Part shown: in pieces, positions 62,460 through 64,000 of the stretch
Position numbering within the stretch: position 1 is the stretch's first letter
Layout: the number at the start of each line of letters is the position of its first letter
Notes under the pieces: model-generated
The model's input: the letters and a program-made list of their open reading frames with translations, nothing else
The model's database searches: none
Told to the model about the DNA's origin: nothing
Source: Selaginella moellendorffii
Taxonomy: Eukaryota; Plantae; Lycopodiophyta
Assembly (NCBI RefSeq): GCF_000143415.4
Contig: NW_003314283.1
Location: 444,752 to 508,751, forward strand
Length of the DNA: 64,000 nt
Reading direction: 5' to 3'
Position numbers and translations under genes: made by a program

Positions 62460-64000
62460 ATGACGGAGAAGAAAGGTGATGGCGATGCCACCGCCAAGAA
62501 CAACAGCAGCAACAAGGTATGGAAGCGTCCAGTCAAGAGATCGTTCACAGGCGCTGCCGCCGCCAATGCCGCCGCCGCTGCGGTGCGCTCCAGATCCTCG
62601 CAGAAATCCTCCAGATCCAGCCTCACTCTCGCTCCCAAGGCCAGCAACGCGATCAATTCCCAGAATCCCACGCCAGCGTCCCTGGAGATCGTCCCCGACG
62701 AGGCGCTGGGCAATATTTTGGGGCGGATCTCCGACGGGAGAATGCTGGCCCGGTGCGCGGGCGTGTGCCGGCGGTGGCGTCGCGTCTGTCGCCAAGTCCC
62801 GGTTCTGAAGCTCGTGCTAAGGAAGATGCAAGCTTGGCAGGCGGAGGGCGTCATCTCGGCGGCGCTGCTCGAGAGGAAAGGCCTGCGGGACTTTGAAGTG
62901 AGATTTGTGTGCCCGAGAAAGTATGCCTCGGAGGGAGTCCGCGAGAGCCGCGTCTTTGGCTGCCTGTGGAGGCTCAGCTCCAGCATCGAGACGCTGGCTT
63001 TGATCTGCCCAAACACCGTCTACTTCAAGCTCTGGACTTGGCTCGCAAAGTTCCCACGCCTGCTCAGCTTGAAGATCCACTGCGGGAGGATCGAAGAGAA
63101 CCCGTTGAACAACTGCCTGAATCAGCTCCGGCGCTGCGAGTTCTCCCGGACGATCATCGCGGAGCCGATGCTCGAGGACCTCGTCAAGTTCTCTCCAGTT
63201 CTCGAGGAGCTCGTGGTCGTGGGCTGCGACCCGATCGAGTCCCTGGCGCTGGAGAGCTCGAGCCTCCGGTATCTCAACTTGGTGGCCACCGAGGAGTATC
63301 CAATGAAGAGCTTGGAGCTCCTCACCCTGGGGCTCAAGGATCTCTACATTTGTCACGTCGAGGAGCTCCAAGTGAATGGCTACGAGCTCGTCCATCTCGG
63401 GATCTACTCGGCGTGCCAGCCTCGCATCTCGAGCTTGCATCATCTGCTCAGCTTGGAGATGGATGGCAAAGGCTGGGCTCTGGAATCTATAGAACACATC
63501 GTCTGTGCTGCACAAGTCGTCCGCCACCTTGTGATCAAGGCTTCCATCTCCGAGACGAGGCCTCTCCGGATCGAGCACTACTTGTCGCCGATGTTTTGCT
63601 TGCAAGCCGTGATCCTCGAGTCCAATCTTCTCGAGGTATGTGTTTTCTTAGCTTTCTTCTCTTCTTTCAGGGGACTGATTCGAGGTTTTCTAGCTTCTGT
63701 CCGCCAGTGCTTTTGCCGTGGCTTTGCGGAGATACCATTCGATGGAGACGAGCCAGTGTTTGCTCTCAAGAAGGTTGCAGTGAAGCTCTCGGAGGAGACA
63801 CGGGACTGCACGGGGCTGCTCAAGGCTCTGGTGAGCTACTGCCCGGATTTACAGATCTTGGTGGTGGATACGACGGAGCTCGAGCTTGGAAATCTCAGCG
63901 AGCTCCAGCAGCTCAAAGATCAGGAGCAGTCTCCCCAGCGGCGAGTTCTACTCTATAGTGATCCCAAAGACCAGCGCTTAGTGAAAGAAATCGCCGAGAT
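62460..64000 (+). CDS. F-box protein with LRR/FBD-like C-terminal region (3' end outside the window)
   Basis: Frame from ATG 62460 is open to the window end (absent from the ORF track): SLEIVPDEALGNILGRIS...LARCAGVCRRWRRV; probable in-frame intron 63636-63707; LLKALVSYCPDLQILVV. Confidence 0.85.
   Translation, partial: MTEKKGDGDATAKNNSSNKVWKRPVKRSFTGAAAANAAAAAVRSRSSQKSSRSSLTLAPKASNAINSQNPTPASLEIVPDEALGNILGRISDGRMLARCAGVCRRWRRVCRQVPVLKLVLRKMQAWQAEGVISAALLERKGLRDFEVRFVCPRKYASEGVRESRVFGCLWRLSSSIETLALICPNTVYFKLWTWLAKFPRLLSLKIHCGRIEENPLNNCLNQLRRCEFSRTIIAEPMLEDLVKFSPVLEELVVVGCDPIESLALESSSLRYLNLVATEEYPMKSLELLTLGLKDLYICHVEELQVNGYELVHLGIYSACQPRISSLHHLLSLEMDGKGWALESIEHIVCAAQVVRHLVIKASISETRPLRIEHYLSPMFCLQAVILESNLLEVCVFLAFFSSFRGLIRGFLASVRQCFCRGFAEIPFDGDEPVFALKKVAVKLSEETRDCTGLLKALVSYCPDLQILVVDTTELELGNLSELQQLKDQEQSPQRRVLLYSDPKDQRLVKEIAE

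Noticed and set aside
62909-63958. 349-aa ORF and antisense ORFs 62304-63605
   Set aside because: Alternative frames of the GC-rich F-box gene, whose real frame starts at 62460.

Overview
Eukaryotic plant genomic DNA. The very short (~45-70 nt) introns, an axonemal dynein subunit and CVNH lectins point to a seed-free plant with flagellated sperm, most likely the lycophyte Selaginella (inference). A GC-richer, very compact gene island at ~18.4-34.6 kb holds threonine aldolase, a conserved small protein, a CVNH gene, a macrodomain protein, a DDX10/Dbp4-like helicase, a WDR78/IC138-like dynein intermediate chain, a CDPK-related kinase and an HDR1-like gene. It is flanked by AT-rich transposon-filled regions, and an F-box gene runs off the right end. 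Main observations: (1) six dispersed two-exon genes for secreted cyanovirin-N-homolog (CVNH) lectins, five intact and one pseudogene, in which cysteines are lost in pairs. (2) A nearly intact Ty3/gypsy chromovirus (48653-55803, TSD ATAGG) whose integrase is interrupted by short spliceosomal-type introns and followed by a hairpin-dense 3' UTR, nested in a solo LTR of its own family. (3) A second gypsy family with 4-bp TSDs, a TRIM, solo LTRs and an orphan rDNA pseudogene fused to a retroelement. (4) A scrambled, internally deleted tandem duplication that produced one of the CVNH copies. Four N gaps are present. All calls were made by eye, without database searches.
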